Assembly (NCBI GenBank): GCA_965237905.1
Contig: OZ250172.1
Location: 1,120,001-1,184,000 of the forward strand
DNA: 64,000 nt
Reading direction: 5' to 3'
Origin: Nitrospinaceae bacterium
GTDB lineage: Bacteria; Nitrospinota; Nitrospinia; Nitrospinales; Nitrospinaceae
Position numbers and translations under genes: made by a program. Under the pieces are notes generated by a model. That model had not been told where the DNA came from, did no database searches, and saw nothing but the letters and a program-made list of their open reading frames with translations. This document shows, one piece after another, positions 9,879 through 19,107 of the stretch. Each line of letters opens with the position of its first letter. Within the stretch, counting starts at the first letter, position 1.

Positions 9879-10030
9879 AGGCTGGTGGCCATAAAATGCG
9901 TCGAACTAGAATAAGTATATAATATTTAGGGGCTTATAAGGTTTCAATTGACAGGCCGTTTAGAGGTATGATTAAATCCTAATACTCTTAACTTTGCAAG
10001 CCTAGATTTAGGGATTTTTCGGGTATTCAG

Positions 10031-10294
10031 ATGCCTTTATACGAATATTATTGTGAAGATTGCCGGAAGGATTTCACGCTTCTGCAATCGGCCTCGGTTA
10101 ATAAAGAAGAAACGGCATGTTCAGAATGCAGTTCTTCCCATGTGCGTCCTCAGATGTCCTCTTTTTCTTCCAAAATACCGCCGAGGACGACCTCCAGCAC
10201 CGTGAAAGCGGGACCGGTTACGGCCGACGAGTTGCCCAATCAACGGGTTTTGAATCTTCCGATACCCAAGCATGTGTCTGAATACCACGACTAA
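10031..10294 (+). CDS. FmdB-family zinc-ribbon protein
   Basis: MPLYEYYCEDC...CSECSS pattern. Confidence 0.85.
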   Translation: MPLYEYYCEDCRKDFTLLQSASVNKEETACSECSSSHVRPQMSSFSSKIPPRTTSSTVKAGPVTADELPNQRVLNLPIPKHVSEYHD

Positions 10295-10365
10295 GAACCC
10301 AAACCCATTCAACGGGTTGAGAGCCAAACCATTATTTTAAAAGGCTCTGTTTCCACAAGGCTTAC

Positions 10366-12348
10366 ATGAGCAAGAACAAAATCCGTCACACCGAGCATGT
10401 ATCCAAATCCATCCCCATCATAAAACCCCTGCTCGCCATACTCCTGATAGGAGGGGTCATCTGGGGTCTGGTTGCCCTGTTCCAGCCACCGAGCAATCTG
10501 GTTCCCTATAACAAATACAAGAAGACGGATGTCAGCGTCGCCGCGCCGGAAGATACTGCCCCGAAAAGCCAACCCAAACCGGCTTCGCCCGCCAAGGAAC
10601 CGGAATCATTCGAACAGCTGGCGCAAAATGATTCTGATAAAAATGCTTTGGACTTCACGAAAGCGGCTTCTGATCCAATCGTGCCGCAAACAAAGCTTCC
10701 GACCGATCTTCCGCGGGAAACGCTGGAACATATTTCCAAGGGCATGTCCCTGGTCGAAAACGGAAAATACGAGCGGTCCGAACTGGAATTTGAAAAAGCC
10801 GCCGACCTGAGCCCGAATTCACCGGAGGTGTTTGCCATCTGGGGCTCGGCTCTGCGCATCCAGGAAAAATTCAAGGGAGCCAACCGGCGTTTCGGCCGAG
10901 CTTACGAACTGGCACCGGAAGATGAAGAAATCGTTTTTAACTGGGGCATGTCCCGCCTGTTCGAAAAAAACGCTGATGGAGCCATCGACCTGTTTCAAAA
11001 GACGCTCAAGCTCAATCCGAAACATTACCTGGCTTACAACTATCTGGGCAAAAGCTATGGCCTGAAAAAAGATTTTCCCAACGAAGAAGCCAACTACGTG
11101 AAAGCGGTAGAGATCAAGGAGGATTTTGCGCAAGGGCATTTCAACCTGGGAATCGTGCGGAGCCTGCAAAAGAATTTTGAGGGAGCCGCACCGCACTTCA
11201 CGCGGGCCATTGAGCTCGACAAACAATTCGAAAAACCGTTCGTGGTGCAGTTTCTCACCGCAATGGGCCTGAAGAAAAAAGGCATCGGCCCGCAGGAAGC
11301 CAAACTCAAACCCTCCCCAAAAAAAGGCGACACAAAACTTCAGGACAACAAAAAAGAAGAAGCCGATCAAAAGGCCGAGGGATCCGATCATAAAATGGAA
11401 GGATCGGATTCGAAAATCGTCAAACCCATCACCAACCTTAAAGGCAGGATCACCATCAACAGTCTCCCGGCAGACAGCCGTGGGGTGGTGATTCTCGAAA
11501 CTAAAAGCAAGCTCAAGGTCCCCAAGCAAACCGCGCAGTCTCTTAAAGTTTTTCAAAGAGAGCTACAGTTCGAGCCAGCCCATTCAGTGGTGATGGTTGG
11601 GTCTACGGTCACCTTCACCAATGACGACCGGGAGGTGCACAACATTTATTCCAAGTCTTCAGGCAACCAGTTCAACCTGGGAGCCATGGCTTCCGGCGCT
11701 TCACGGGAAATCAAACTGGAAACACCGGGACCGGTCATTCTGCGGTGCAACCTGCACAAGGACATGATGGGTACGGTGTTTGTCGTGCCCAACGGGTATT
11801 ACGCCCAGACCAACGCCAACGGTGAATATCAATTTGATAACGTGAAAAGTGAGGAATACATTCTCGAGTTCTGGCATCCCCAACTGTACCCGGAAGATGT
11901 GGGGAAAAACGTCAAAAGCATCAAGCTGACCGGAAAGGATGAGAACGTCGATTTTAAAATTGCTTCCGCTTCCAAGCCGGGAGAGATCCACGATCTGGTC
12001 GATGCCGCCGACTACAACGTGGTGGTCGACAATATCGAGAAGGAAATGTTGCAGGCCATCAAAGATTGGGGCAATGGTAAGAAATTCACGCCGCGCAACC
12101 GCATGCTCAAGGCCATCACCCAATACTACGGCGGCGAAGGTCTGAAAGGGGCGATTGCCAAAAGTTTTAGCGAGCAACGCAGTCTGAAACTGGAGCAGGC
12201 CATGGATGAAATCCGCAAACAAGTCTCCGGTATTGGGGTCACGGAAAAAATCACGACGGCCTCCCTGAATTTCAAAGCCGAGCGTGTCCTGGCCCAGTTG
12301 CGAAACAACGTCAAAGAACTGGAACAGCGGCTGAATCCCAAGCCCTGA
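10366..12348 (+). CDS. Membrane-anchored TPR protein with cupredoxin-like and C-terminal helical domains
   Basis: N-terminal TM helix, about five TPRs, then HNIYS...CNLHKDM type-1-copper-like motif and a carboxypeptidase-regulatory-like beta domain. Confidence 0.8.
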   Translation: MSKNKIRHTEHVSKSIPIIKPLLAILLIGGVIWGLVALFQPPSNLVPYNKYKKTDVSVAAPEDTAPKSQPKPASPAKEPESFEQLAQNDSDKNALDFTKAASDPIVPQTKLPTDLPRETLEHISKGMSLVENGKYERSELEFEKAADLSPNSPEVFAIWGSALRIQEKFKGANRRFGRAYELAPEDEEIVFNWGMSRLFEKNADGAIDLFQKTLKLNPKHYLAYNYLGKSYGLKKDFPNEEANYVKAVEIKEDFAQGHFNLGIVRSLQKNFEGAAPHFTRAIELDKQFEKPFVVQFLTAMGLKKKGIGPQEAKLKPSPKKGDTKLQDNKKEEADQKAEGSDHKMEGSDSKIVKPITNLKGRITINSLPADSRGVVILETKSKLKVPKQTAQSLKVFQRELQFEPAHSVVMVGSTVTFTNDDREVHNIYSKSSGNQFNLGAMASGASREIKLETPGPVILRCNLHKDMMGTVFVVPNGYYAQTNANGEYQFDNVKSEEYILEFWHPQLYPEDVGKNVKSIKLTGKDENVDFKIASASKPGEIHDLVDAADYNVVVDNIEKEMLQAIKDWGNGKKFTPRNRMLKAITQYYGGEGLKGAIAKSFSEQRSLKLEQAMDEIRKQVSGIGVTEKITTASLNFKAERVLAQLRNNVKELEQRLNPKP

Positions 12349-12445
12349 TTGCCCTTCCGGGAAAAAGATACCTTTTTCTAAAATTGAAAATTGTTTATAT
12401 ATTTCTACCCTTTAAGAAGATGGTTTGGCCCGCTTCCCCGGCTGT

Positions 12446-12474
12446 TTGATTTTACCCTTCTGTAGTGATATTTT
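12446..12474 (+). promoter_or_regulatory. Putative sigma70 promoter of cysS (likely leaderless)
   Basis: TTGATT(12446)-N17-TATTTT(12469) with TG extension; ATG at 12481. Confidence 0.45.
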
Positions 12475-12480
12475 GTGCCT

Positions 12481-13932
12481 ATGAGCCTACGCCTGTACAA
12501 CACCCTGACCGGACAAAAAGAAGAATTCACCCCGCTCACACCGGGCAAGGCTGGTATGTACGTGTGCGGCGTCACCGCTTATGATTACTGCCACGTCGGT
12601 CACGCCCGCGCCGCTATCGTGTTCGACACCGTGTACCGCTACCTCCAGCACCTCGGCTACGAGGTCAACTACGTTCGCAACTTCACCGACATCGACGACA
12701 AAATCATCAAACGCGCCAACGAGGAAAAAATCGGCTGGCAGGAGGTGACGAAAAAATACATCGAGGCGTTTTACGAGGACATGGGACAATTGAACGTCGC
12801 CGTCCCGACCACCGAACCCAAAGCCACGGATCACATCGAGGGCATGCTCGCCATGGTGTCATCGCTCATCGACCAGAACAAAGCCTACGCAGCGGAAGGC
12901 GACGTTTACTTCTCCATCAAAAACTTTCCGGAATACGGCAAACTATCGGGCAGAAATGTTGAGGACATGGTGGCAGGCGCACGCGTTGAACCCGGCGAGC
13001 ACAAACGCGATCCGCTGGACTTCGCCCTCTGGAAAAAAAGCAAACCGGGCGAGCCCTCGTGGGACAGTCCCTGGGGACCCGGGCGGCCGGGCTGGCACAT
13101 CGAGTGCTCCGCCATGGGACGGCATTTTCTGGGAGAACGATTCGACATTCACGGCGGCGGCAAGGACCTGGTTTTCCCCCACCACGAAAACGAAATCGCG
13201 CAGTCCCAGGGTTGCTCCGGCACGCCGCCGGTCAAATACTGGCTCCACAACGGATTCGTCAATATCAATGAAGAAAAAATGTCGAAATCGCTCGGCAACT
13301 TTTTTACCATACGCGATATCCTGAAACGGTATCACCCGGAAGTTCTGCGCCTGTTCCTGCTGAGCCACCATTACCGCGGACCCATCGATTTTGCCGATGA
13401 GTATCTCAATGACGCTGAGAAGACGTTGGACCGGTTCTACGAATTTTTCGCCGCCGCACAGGAAAAACGGGGCGAGTTGAAGTTGAAATCGGTCGCCGAT
13501 GCGAACGAAGGTATTCGCTCGCAACCGTTCATCCAGAAAATCGAAGAGGCCATGAACGACGACTTCAACACCGCTGTTGCGCTGGCGCACATGAACGAGG
13601 AACTGCGCCATTTGAACAAAGCAATGACCCATCTGCAGAAGAAAAACGGCAACTGGGCCGAATTTGATACCTCCGCCGCTTCACTGAAGTACGCCTGTCA
13701 ACTGCTGGGCCTTCTGTATCATGAGCCGAAAGATTACAAGGCCCGCGTGCTGGAAAGCAAAAAAGAAACGCTGGGGCTGGATGTCGCTCAAATCGAGGCG
13801 TTGATCGCACAACGTAAATCCGCCCGCGAGTCCAAGGATTGGACCAAGGCGGACGAGTGCCGCGACGCGTTAACCGCCATGGGCGTGGTGCTGGAAGATA
13901 ACGCCGGTGGAACCATCTGGAAAGTCAAATGA
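12481..13932 (+). CDS. cysS: Cysteine--tRNA ligase
   Basis: MYVCGVT, HVGH, DFALWK, GRPGWHIECSAM, DIHGGGKDLVFPHHENE, KMSKS. Confidence 0.98.
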   Translation: MSLRLYNTLTGQKEEFTPLTPGKAGMYVCGVTAYDYCHVGHARAAIVFDTVYRYLQHLGYEVNYVRNFTDIDDKIIKRANEEKIGWQEVTKKYIEAFYEDMGQLNVAVPTTEPKATDHIEGMLAMVSSLIDQNKAYAAEGDVYFSIKNFPEYGKLSGRNVEDMVAGARVEPGEHKRDPLDFALWKKSKPGEPSWDSPWGPGRPGWHIECSAMGRHFLGERFDIHGGGKDLVFPHHENEIAQSQGCSGTPPVKYWLHNGFVNINEEKMSKSLGNFFTIRDILKRYHPEVLRLFLLSHHYRGPIDFADEYLNDAEKTLDRFYEFFAAAQEKRGELKLKSVADANEGIRSQPFIQKIEEAMNDDFNTAVALAHMNEELRHLNKAMTHLQKKNGNWAEFDTSAASLKYACQLLGLLYHEPKDYKARVLESKKETLGLDVAQIEALIAQRKSARESKDWTKADECRDALTAMGVVLEDNAGGTIWKVK

Positions 13933-15479
13933 GAGCCGAAGAACAAACCTTTACCGATCGCTATCTGAAGTTTACCCAACTCTACACCCGCACCCACGTG
14001 GAAGAGGAGTCGGAAGAACGCATCCCGGAAAAAGTCATCCGGTGCGTCTGGAACGATCAGTTGATCAAAACGGATGCACTTAAAACCACCGACGGCCAAC
14101 CGCTGGAAATCATCTTTCCCGGCTACTGGAATTTCGGAAGCGGACCGGATTTCAAAAGCGCCACCATCCGCGTCGACGGCACATTGCACGAAGGCGACGT
14201 CGAACTCCACGTCTACGGTTGCGACTGGAAGGCGCACGGTCATTCAGATAACAACGAGTACGATAGCGTCATCCTGCATGTGTTCATGTGGAAAGGCCGG
14301 GGCCGGAAATCGATGGGTGAGGCGCCTGCGGACCCAACCAAAAATCTGTCGCGCCCGCACATCTATGAGCTTGAGCTCAAGGATTATCTGAAACAGGGCA
14401 TTCTGCAACTGAACGAGCAGTTGGATTTCGACAACTATCCCCTGCTCAACCAGTTCAACACCGGCCTGTGCCACCGCCCGCTGGCCAGCCTATCGCAGGA
14501 AAAATTCACCGAACTGCTGAAGAGCGCCGGTGACGCGCGCATCCAAACCAAGATGGACCGGTTCCATGACCGCATCATCACCAGGGGTTACGAGCAGACT
14601 TTCTACGAAGGCGTGGCCGAGGCCATGGGCTATCCCAGCAACAAGCAACCCTTCCGCACTCTGGCGGAAAACGTACCGCTGGAAGAAATCAAACAGCTCG
14701 TCCCAAAGAAATCTTCCTACAAGGACAAAATAAGGCTTGTCCAGGCCTTGCTGTTCGGCGTCTCCAGCCTCATCGATTTTGCGGATCTGCCGAAAGGCTC
14801 ATCGGCCAAAGACCGAACTTATTTTTCGGATCTGCAAAAAACCTGGAACAGGCACCAGAAAAAATTTAATGACCGGCTGATGGACCGGAAGGAATGGAAG
14901 TTCGGCAAAATGCGGCCCGCCAATTTCCCCTATCGCCGGATCGCCGCCCTCAGTCACCTGATCGTCCGGCACTGGGATACCGGCTTGTTCGCCGACACTC
15001 TGGAATGCCTGAAATCGACCCTTCCCACTGCCCTGGAGAAAGGATATACTGGGGTCACCCGGAACAAAGTCATGCATTTTTTCTGCCTGGAAGCGGACGA
15101 CTACTGGGCCTGGCACTACACCTCAGATGGCAAAAAGCTTGTTAAAGAACAACAGCTTGTAGGACCGGACCGGTCACGGGAGATCACGATCAACATCGTC
15201 CTGCCGATCGGATTGATCTATGCCCGGGCCAGCAAATCAGGCCCGCTCGAAAAGACGCTGGGTCTGTTATTCCAGACCAAAGCCCGGACCGCGGACAACC
15301 AGTGGATCCGGTTTATGAGCCATTATATTCTGGGCGACAAGGAACGGTTATTGAAGGAATTGGACAGCGACCGGAAAACGCAGGGATTGATGCAGGTGTA
15401 CCAGGATTACTGCACCCGCAACCAAAACAACTGCCTGCGGTGTCAGTTTCCGAGCGTGGTCGAGCGGTATTTTAAATAA
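13929..15479 (+). CDS. DUF2851-like protein
   Basis: N.GSGPDF, GDVELH, W..HGH, RPANFP.RR, ITINIVLP, terminal C..NCLRC; overlaps the cysS stop. Confidence 0.75.
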   Translation: MRAEEQTFTDRYLKFTQLYTRTHVEEESEERIPEKVIRCVWNDQLIKTDALKTTDGQPLEIIFPGYWNFGSGPDFKSATIRVDGTLHEGDVELHVYGCDWKAHGHSDNNEYDSVILHVFMWKGRGRKSMGEAPADPTKNLSRPHIYELELKDYLKQGILQLNEQLDFDNYPLLNQFNTGLCHRPLASLSQEKFTELLKSAGDARIQTKMDRFHDRIITRGYEQTFYEGVAEAMGYPSNKQPFRTLAENVPLEEIKQLVPKKSSYKDKIRLVQALLFGVSSLIDFADLPKGSSAKDRTYFSDLQKTWNRHQKKFNDRLMDRKEWKFGKMRPANFPYRRIAALSHLIVRHWDTGLFADTLECLKSTLPTALEKGYTGVTRNKVMHFFCLEADDYWAWHYTSDGKKLVKEQQLVGPDRSREITINIVLPIGLIYARASKSGPLEKTLGLLFQTKARTADNQWIRFMSHYILGDKERLLKELDSDRKTQGLMQVYQDYCTRNQNNCLRCQFPSVVERYFK

Positions 15480-15480
15480 T

Positions 15481-15501
15481 CCGGGGCACCCTCCGGTTTT
15501 T
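15481..15501 (+). terminator. Putative intrinsic terminator after cysS-DUF2851
   Basis: CCGGGG-cacc-CTCCGG hairpin followed by TTTTT. Confidence 0.55.
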
Positions 15502-15524
15502 CCTCCCCGAAGCCGTCAAAACCC

Positions 15525-15553
15525 TTGATTCTATTGTGTTGAAACGATACAGT
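15525..15553 (+). promoter_or_regulatory. Putative sigma70 promoter of cysD-cysN
   Basis: TTGATT-N17-TACAGT. Confidence 0.45.
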
Positions 15554-15594
15554 GTGGGTACACAAACCTTCCCATTGGGAAAAATACGAGTGAT

Positions 15595-16398
15595 ATGGAC
15601 CATTTAAACGAACTGGAAAATCAAAGCGTTTACATCCTGCGCGAAGCGTACAAGAATTTCAAAAATCTGGCCATGTTGTGGTCGATTGGGAAGGATTCCA
15701 CCGTTCTGCTGTGGTTGGCGCGCAAAGCATTTTTAGGCCATTGCCCGATCCCACTGGTGCACATCGACACCAGTTACAAAATTCCCCAAATGATCGAATA
15801 CCGCGACAAATACGCCCAGGAATGGGGACTGAACCTGATCGTCGGACAAAATAAAAAAGCGCTGGACGAAGGCATGAACCACGAGAAAGGCCGCGACGTC
15901 TGTTGCGATGCCTTGAAGACCCAGGGACTGTCCCAGATCATGAAGCAGGAAGGATACACCGGTCTCATTCTCGGTATTCGCCGGGACGAAGAAGGCACGC
16001 GCGCCAAGGAGCGTTATTTCTCTCCGCGCAACAAAGATTTTGAATGGGATTTCAAGGATCAGCCGCCGGAGTTGTGGGACCAGTTCAAAACCACGTTCGC
16101 CGAAGGTACGCATATCCGCATTCATCCGTTACTGCACTGGACGGAACTCAACGTGTGGGAATACATCGAGCGGGAAAAAATTCCCATCATCGACCTGTAC
16201 TTCGCCAACAAAGAAGGCCGCCGTTACCGGTCACTCGGCTGCGCTCCCTGCACGGGATCGATCGAGTCCAAAGCCAGTAACGTCCGCGAGATCATCGAAG
16301 AGTTGAAGGACACCACCTCTTCCGAGCGGTCCGGCCGCGCGCAGGATCAGGAAAGCACTTACGCCATGCAGAAGCTCCGGGCAAAAGGGTATATGTAA
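15595..16398 (+). CDS. cysD: Sulfate adenylyltransferase subunit 2
   Basis: [45 protein letters not shown]. Confidence 0.93.
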   Translation: MDHLNELENQSVYILREAYKNFKNLAMLWSIGKDSTVLLWLARKAFLGHCPIPLVHIDTSYKIPQMIEYRDKYAQEWGLNLIVGQNKKALDEGMNHEKGRDVCCDALKTQGLSQIMKQEGYTGLILGIRRDEEGTRAKERYFSPRNKDFEWDFKDQPPELWDQFKTTFAEGTHIRIHPLLHWTELNVWEYIEREKIPIIDLYFANKEGRRYRSLGCAPCTGSIESKASNVREIIEELKDTTSSERSGRAQDQESTYAMQKLRAKGYM

Positions 16399-18227
16399 TG
16401 GGCAGTAACGGTCACAAAGAACCCCAGTCCGGCAAACAAATGAAGCTGGTCATCGTCGGCCATGTCGATCATGGCAAGTCCACTCTGGTGGGCCGCCTGA
16501 TGGCGGATACCGACAGCCTGCCCACCGGCAAACTCGACTTCATCAAAGACATTTGCAACCAGCAGGGCAAGACGTTCGAGTTCGCGTTTCTCCTCGATGC
16601 GCTGGAAGAGGAACAGGAACAGGGCATCACCATCGACACATCGCAGATCTTTTTCAAAACCGAGAAGCGTCCTTACGTCATCATCGACGCTCCCGGCCAC
16701 AAGGAATTCCTCAAGAACATGGTTACCGGCGCGGCCAACGCCGAAGCGGCCCTTCTACTGATCGACGCCTACGAAGGCGTGCAGGAACAATCGCGGCGGC
16801 ACGGGTATCTTCTGCGCCTGCTGGGCATGAAACAGGTGGCGGTGGTGGTCAACAAGATGGATTTAGTCAAACACGACCCCGAGGTGTTCTACAAAATCAA
16901 ATCCGAGTACACGGCATTTCTCAAATCCATGGGCGTGGAAGCGCGGGAATACATTCCCGTCTCGGCGAAACTGGGAGAAAACATCGCCCACCGTTCCGAA
17001 AACATGACCTGGTACCAAGGGCCGACCGTGCTCGAAATGCTGGACCAGTTCGAGGACAAACTGCCGGAAATCAACCAGCCGTTCCGCCTGCCCTTACAGG
17101 ATGTGTACAAATTCGACGAACGACGCATTCTCGCCGGACGCGTGGAATCGGGCACAGCCAAGATCGGCGACGAAGTGATCTTCTCCCCATCCAACAAGCG
17201 CGGAGTCATCAAATCCATCGAATCCTGGGAAGTGGAGAAAAAACCGAAAACCATCGAAGCATCGCAATCCGTCGGCATCACTTTAACCGAACAGATTTTT
17301 GTGGAACGCGGAGACGTGGCTACGCTGGCCAGCGATCTGCCGATCGTCACCACCACTTTTGACGCCAACGTGTTCTGGATGGGAAAAAAGCATCTGCAAA
17401 AAGGCGAATCCTATCTCATTAAACTGGCCACGCAAAATGTGGAGTGCGAAGTGGCCCATTTCAACAAGGCGATTGACGCTTCAACGCTGGAGACGCTTCC
17501 CAATCAGGATTTCATCGCTAAAAATGACGTCGCGGAGTTGACCCTGCGCACCCGGCAACCCATCGCCTTCGACCTGTTCAACACCATCGCCGAAACCGGC
17601 CGGTTCGTGCTGGTGGACGAGTATGACGTCTGCGGCGGAGGCATCATCACCGGCTTCACACCGCTGTCGGAAATCGACCGGTTCCGGGACGAGGCGCGTT
17701 ACCGCGATTCGCATTGGATCAAGAGCGCGGTCACCCCGGACATGCGGGCCTACCGCTACGGCCACCGCGCCGCCATGATTCTCATCACCGGTAAAGCGGG
17801 AGTCGGCAAAGCGGCCCTGGCGGGCAAGCTGGAAGAAAAACTGTTTCACCAGAATTTACAAAGCTACCTGCTCGACGGACGCAACATCCAAGTGGGCCTC
17901 GGCGCAGATATGGATCAGGATAAATATTTCTCCGACGGGGAAGCCTTGCGGCGCTTCGGCGAAGTCGCCAAACTGTTCGTCGATGCCGGCCACGTGGTCA
18001 TCTCCACCTCCAACGTGTTCAACCAGGAGGATCATTCCAACATCAGCCTGCTGGTGGAACCCACTCCAATTGTGGAAGTCCAGGTCACCAACGACAAATT
18101 TCCGAAAGGCAAGCCGGACATCATTTTGACTACCGACGAAGTGGCAAATGATGAAACCGCGGTCCAGAAAGTCCTCGATTATCTGAAGGACCAGAAAATC
18201 CTGACCGGCCATAACTACTCGATTTAA
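16398..18227 (+). CDS. cysN: Sulfate adenylyltransferase GTPase subunit with degenerate C-terminal APS-kinase-like domain
   Basis: GHVDHGKST, EQGITID, DAPGH, NKMD; follows cysD; C-terminal CysC-like domain. Confidence 0.9.
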   Translation: MGSNGHKEPQSGKQMKLVIVGHVDHGKSTLVGRLMADTDSLPTGKLDFIKDICNQQGKTFEFAFLLDALEEEQEQGITIDTSQIFFKTEKRPYVIIDAPGHKEFLKNMVTGAANAEAALLLIDAYEGVQEQSRRHGYLLRLLGMKQVAVVVNKMDLVKHDPEVFYKIKSEYTAFLKSMGVEAREYIPVSAKLGENIAHRSENMTWYQGPTVLEMLDQFEDKLPEINQPFRLPLQDVYKFDERRILAGRVESGTAKIGDEVIFSPSNKRGVIKSIESWEVEKKPKTIEASQSVGITLTEQIFVERGDVATLASDLPIVTTTFDANVFWMGKKHLQKGESYLIKLATQNVECEVAHFNKAIDASTLETLPNQDFIAKNDVAELTLRTRQPIAFDLFNTIAETGRFVLVDEYDVCGGGIITGFTPLSEIDRFRDEARYRDSHWIKSAVTPDMRAYRYGHRAAMILITGKAGVGKAALAGKLEEKLFHQNLQSYLLDGRNIQVGLGADMDQDKYFSDGEALRRFGEVAKLFVDAGHVVISTSNVFNQEDHSNISLLVEPTPIVEVQVTNDKFPKGKPDIILTTDEVANDETAVQKVLDYLKDQKILTGHNYSI

Positions 18228-18338
18228 AACGTCCTATGCAATCCGGCAAAAGGGAGTTGACTTTCTTTTGCCGCCATGACAAAGTGCCCCTTCATTTCGG
18301 CTCACGGGCCGGGTTCAGGGAGTTTTCGAAAGTTATTG

Positions 18339-18647
18339 ATGCCAAAGATCACCGTTCATAATTCAGACACCGGAGAGGTGAAAGAATTCAAAGTCGGCTA
18401 CGGCGCCAACCTGCGCAAAGGTGCCGTGTTCAATGACGTCGTGCTGTACAAAGGCATGGCCGCCCAGTTGAACTGCCGAGGTATGGGTCTGTGCGGCACC
18501 TGCCTGATCGAAGTCGAACCTCTGGAAAACGTGAACGGCCATTCCCTGATCGAAAAACTCCACCGCGTTGGACCCAACCAGAAACTCGGTTGCCGCGCCA
18601 AAGTCTACGGCGACATCACCATCAAAGTCGCCCTCAAGGATCTATAA
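18339..18647 (+). CDS. 2Fe-2S ferredoxin
   Basis: NCRGMGLCGTC...LGC cysteine pattern; start moved to ATG 18339. Confidence 0.85.
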   Translation: MPKITVHNSDTGEVKEFKVGYGANLRKGAVFNDVVLYKGMAAQLNCRGMGLCGTCLIEVEPLENVNGHSLIEKLHRVGPNQKLGCRAKVYGDITIKVALKDL

Positions 18648-18697
18648 TTCCCTTCCTTCTTTTATCCGATTTTATCCTGTAATCCTGTCTAATTTTT

Positions 18698-19054
18698 TCA
18701 ATACATCTGCAATAAAATCAACAGCGGCAGGAGGGTCAGGCCGACGATGGCGATCAGGGCATGGATCAGCACATCCCATTTGCGGCTCAGAGGAACGAGT
18801 GTGATAAAGTAAAGGCCGATCAGGTATTCCCAGATCGTGTTTTCGGAATGGACGCCGTTCATTACCAGGAATAAAACCAGGCAGACCACGATCGTAATAT
18901 AAAGATACAAATGCGTCCGGATCAGGCGGGGTTCTTTTTTGAAAAACGTCATGTACAACCCCAGGAAGACGTTGCCGATGTTAAAAATAATGGCGGCAAT
19001 CACCCAGATTAAAGAGGGCGAATCACTGACCTGGGGAAACACGTTGGCAAACAT
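18698..19054 (-). CDS. Hypothetical membrane protein (about 4 TM)
   Basis: 118-aa hydrophobic ORF filling the gap. Confidence 0.7.
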   Translation of the reverse strand: MFANVFPQVSDSPSLIWVIAAIIFNIGNVFLGLYMTFFKKEPRLIRTHLYLYITIVVCLVLFLVMNGVHSENTIWEYLIGLYFITLVPLSRKWDVLIHALIAIVGLTLLPLLILLQMY

Positions 19055-19107
19055 AGGGTCCGTTTGGGGAATCGGAGTGAAGTTAAATTTAAGGGGAGAA
19101 TTCTAAC

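Noticed and set aside
9948..9972. TTGACA...TATGAT promoter-like pair
   Set aside because: The spacer is only 13 nt.
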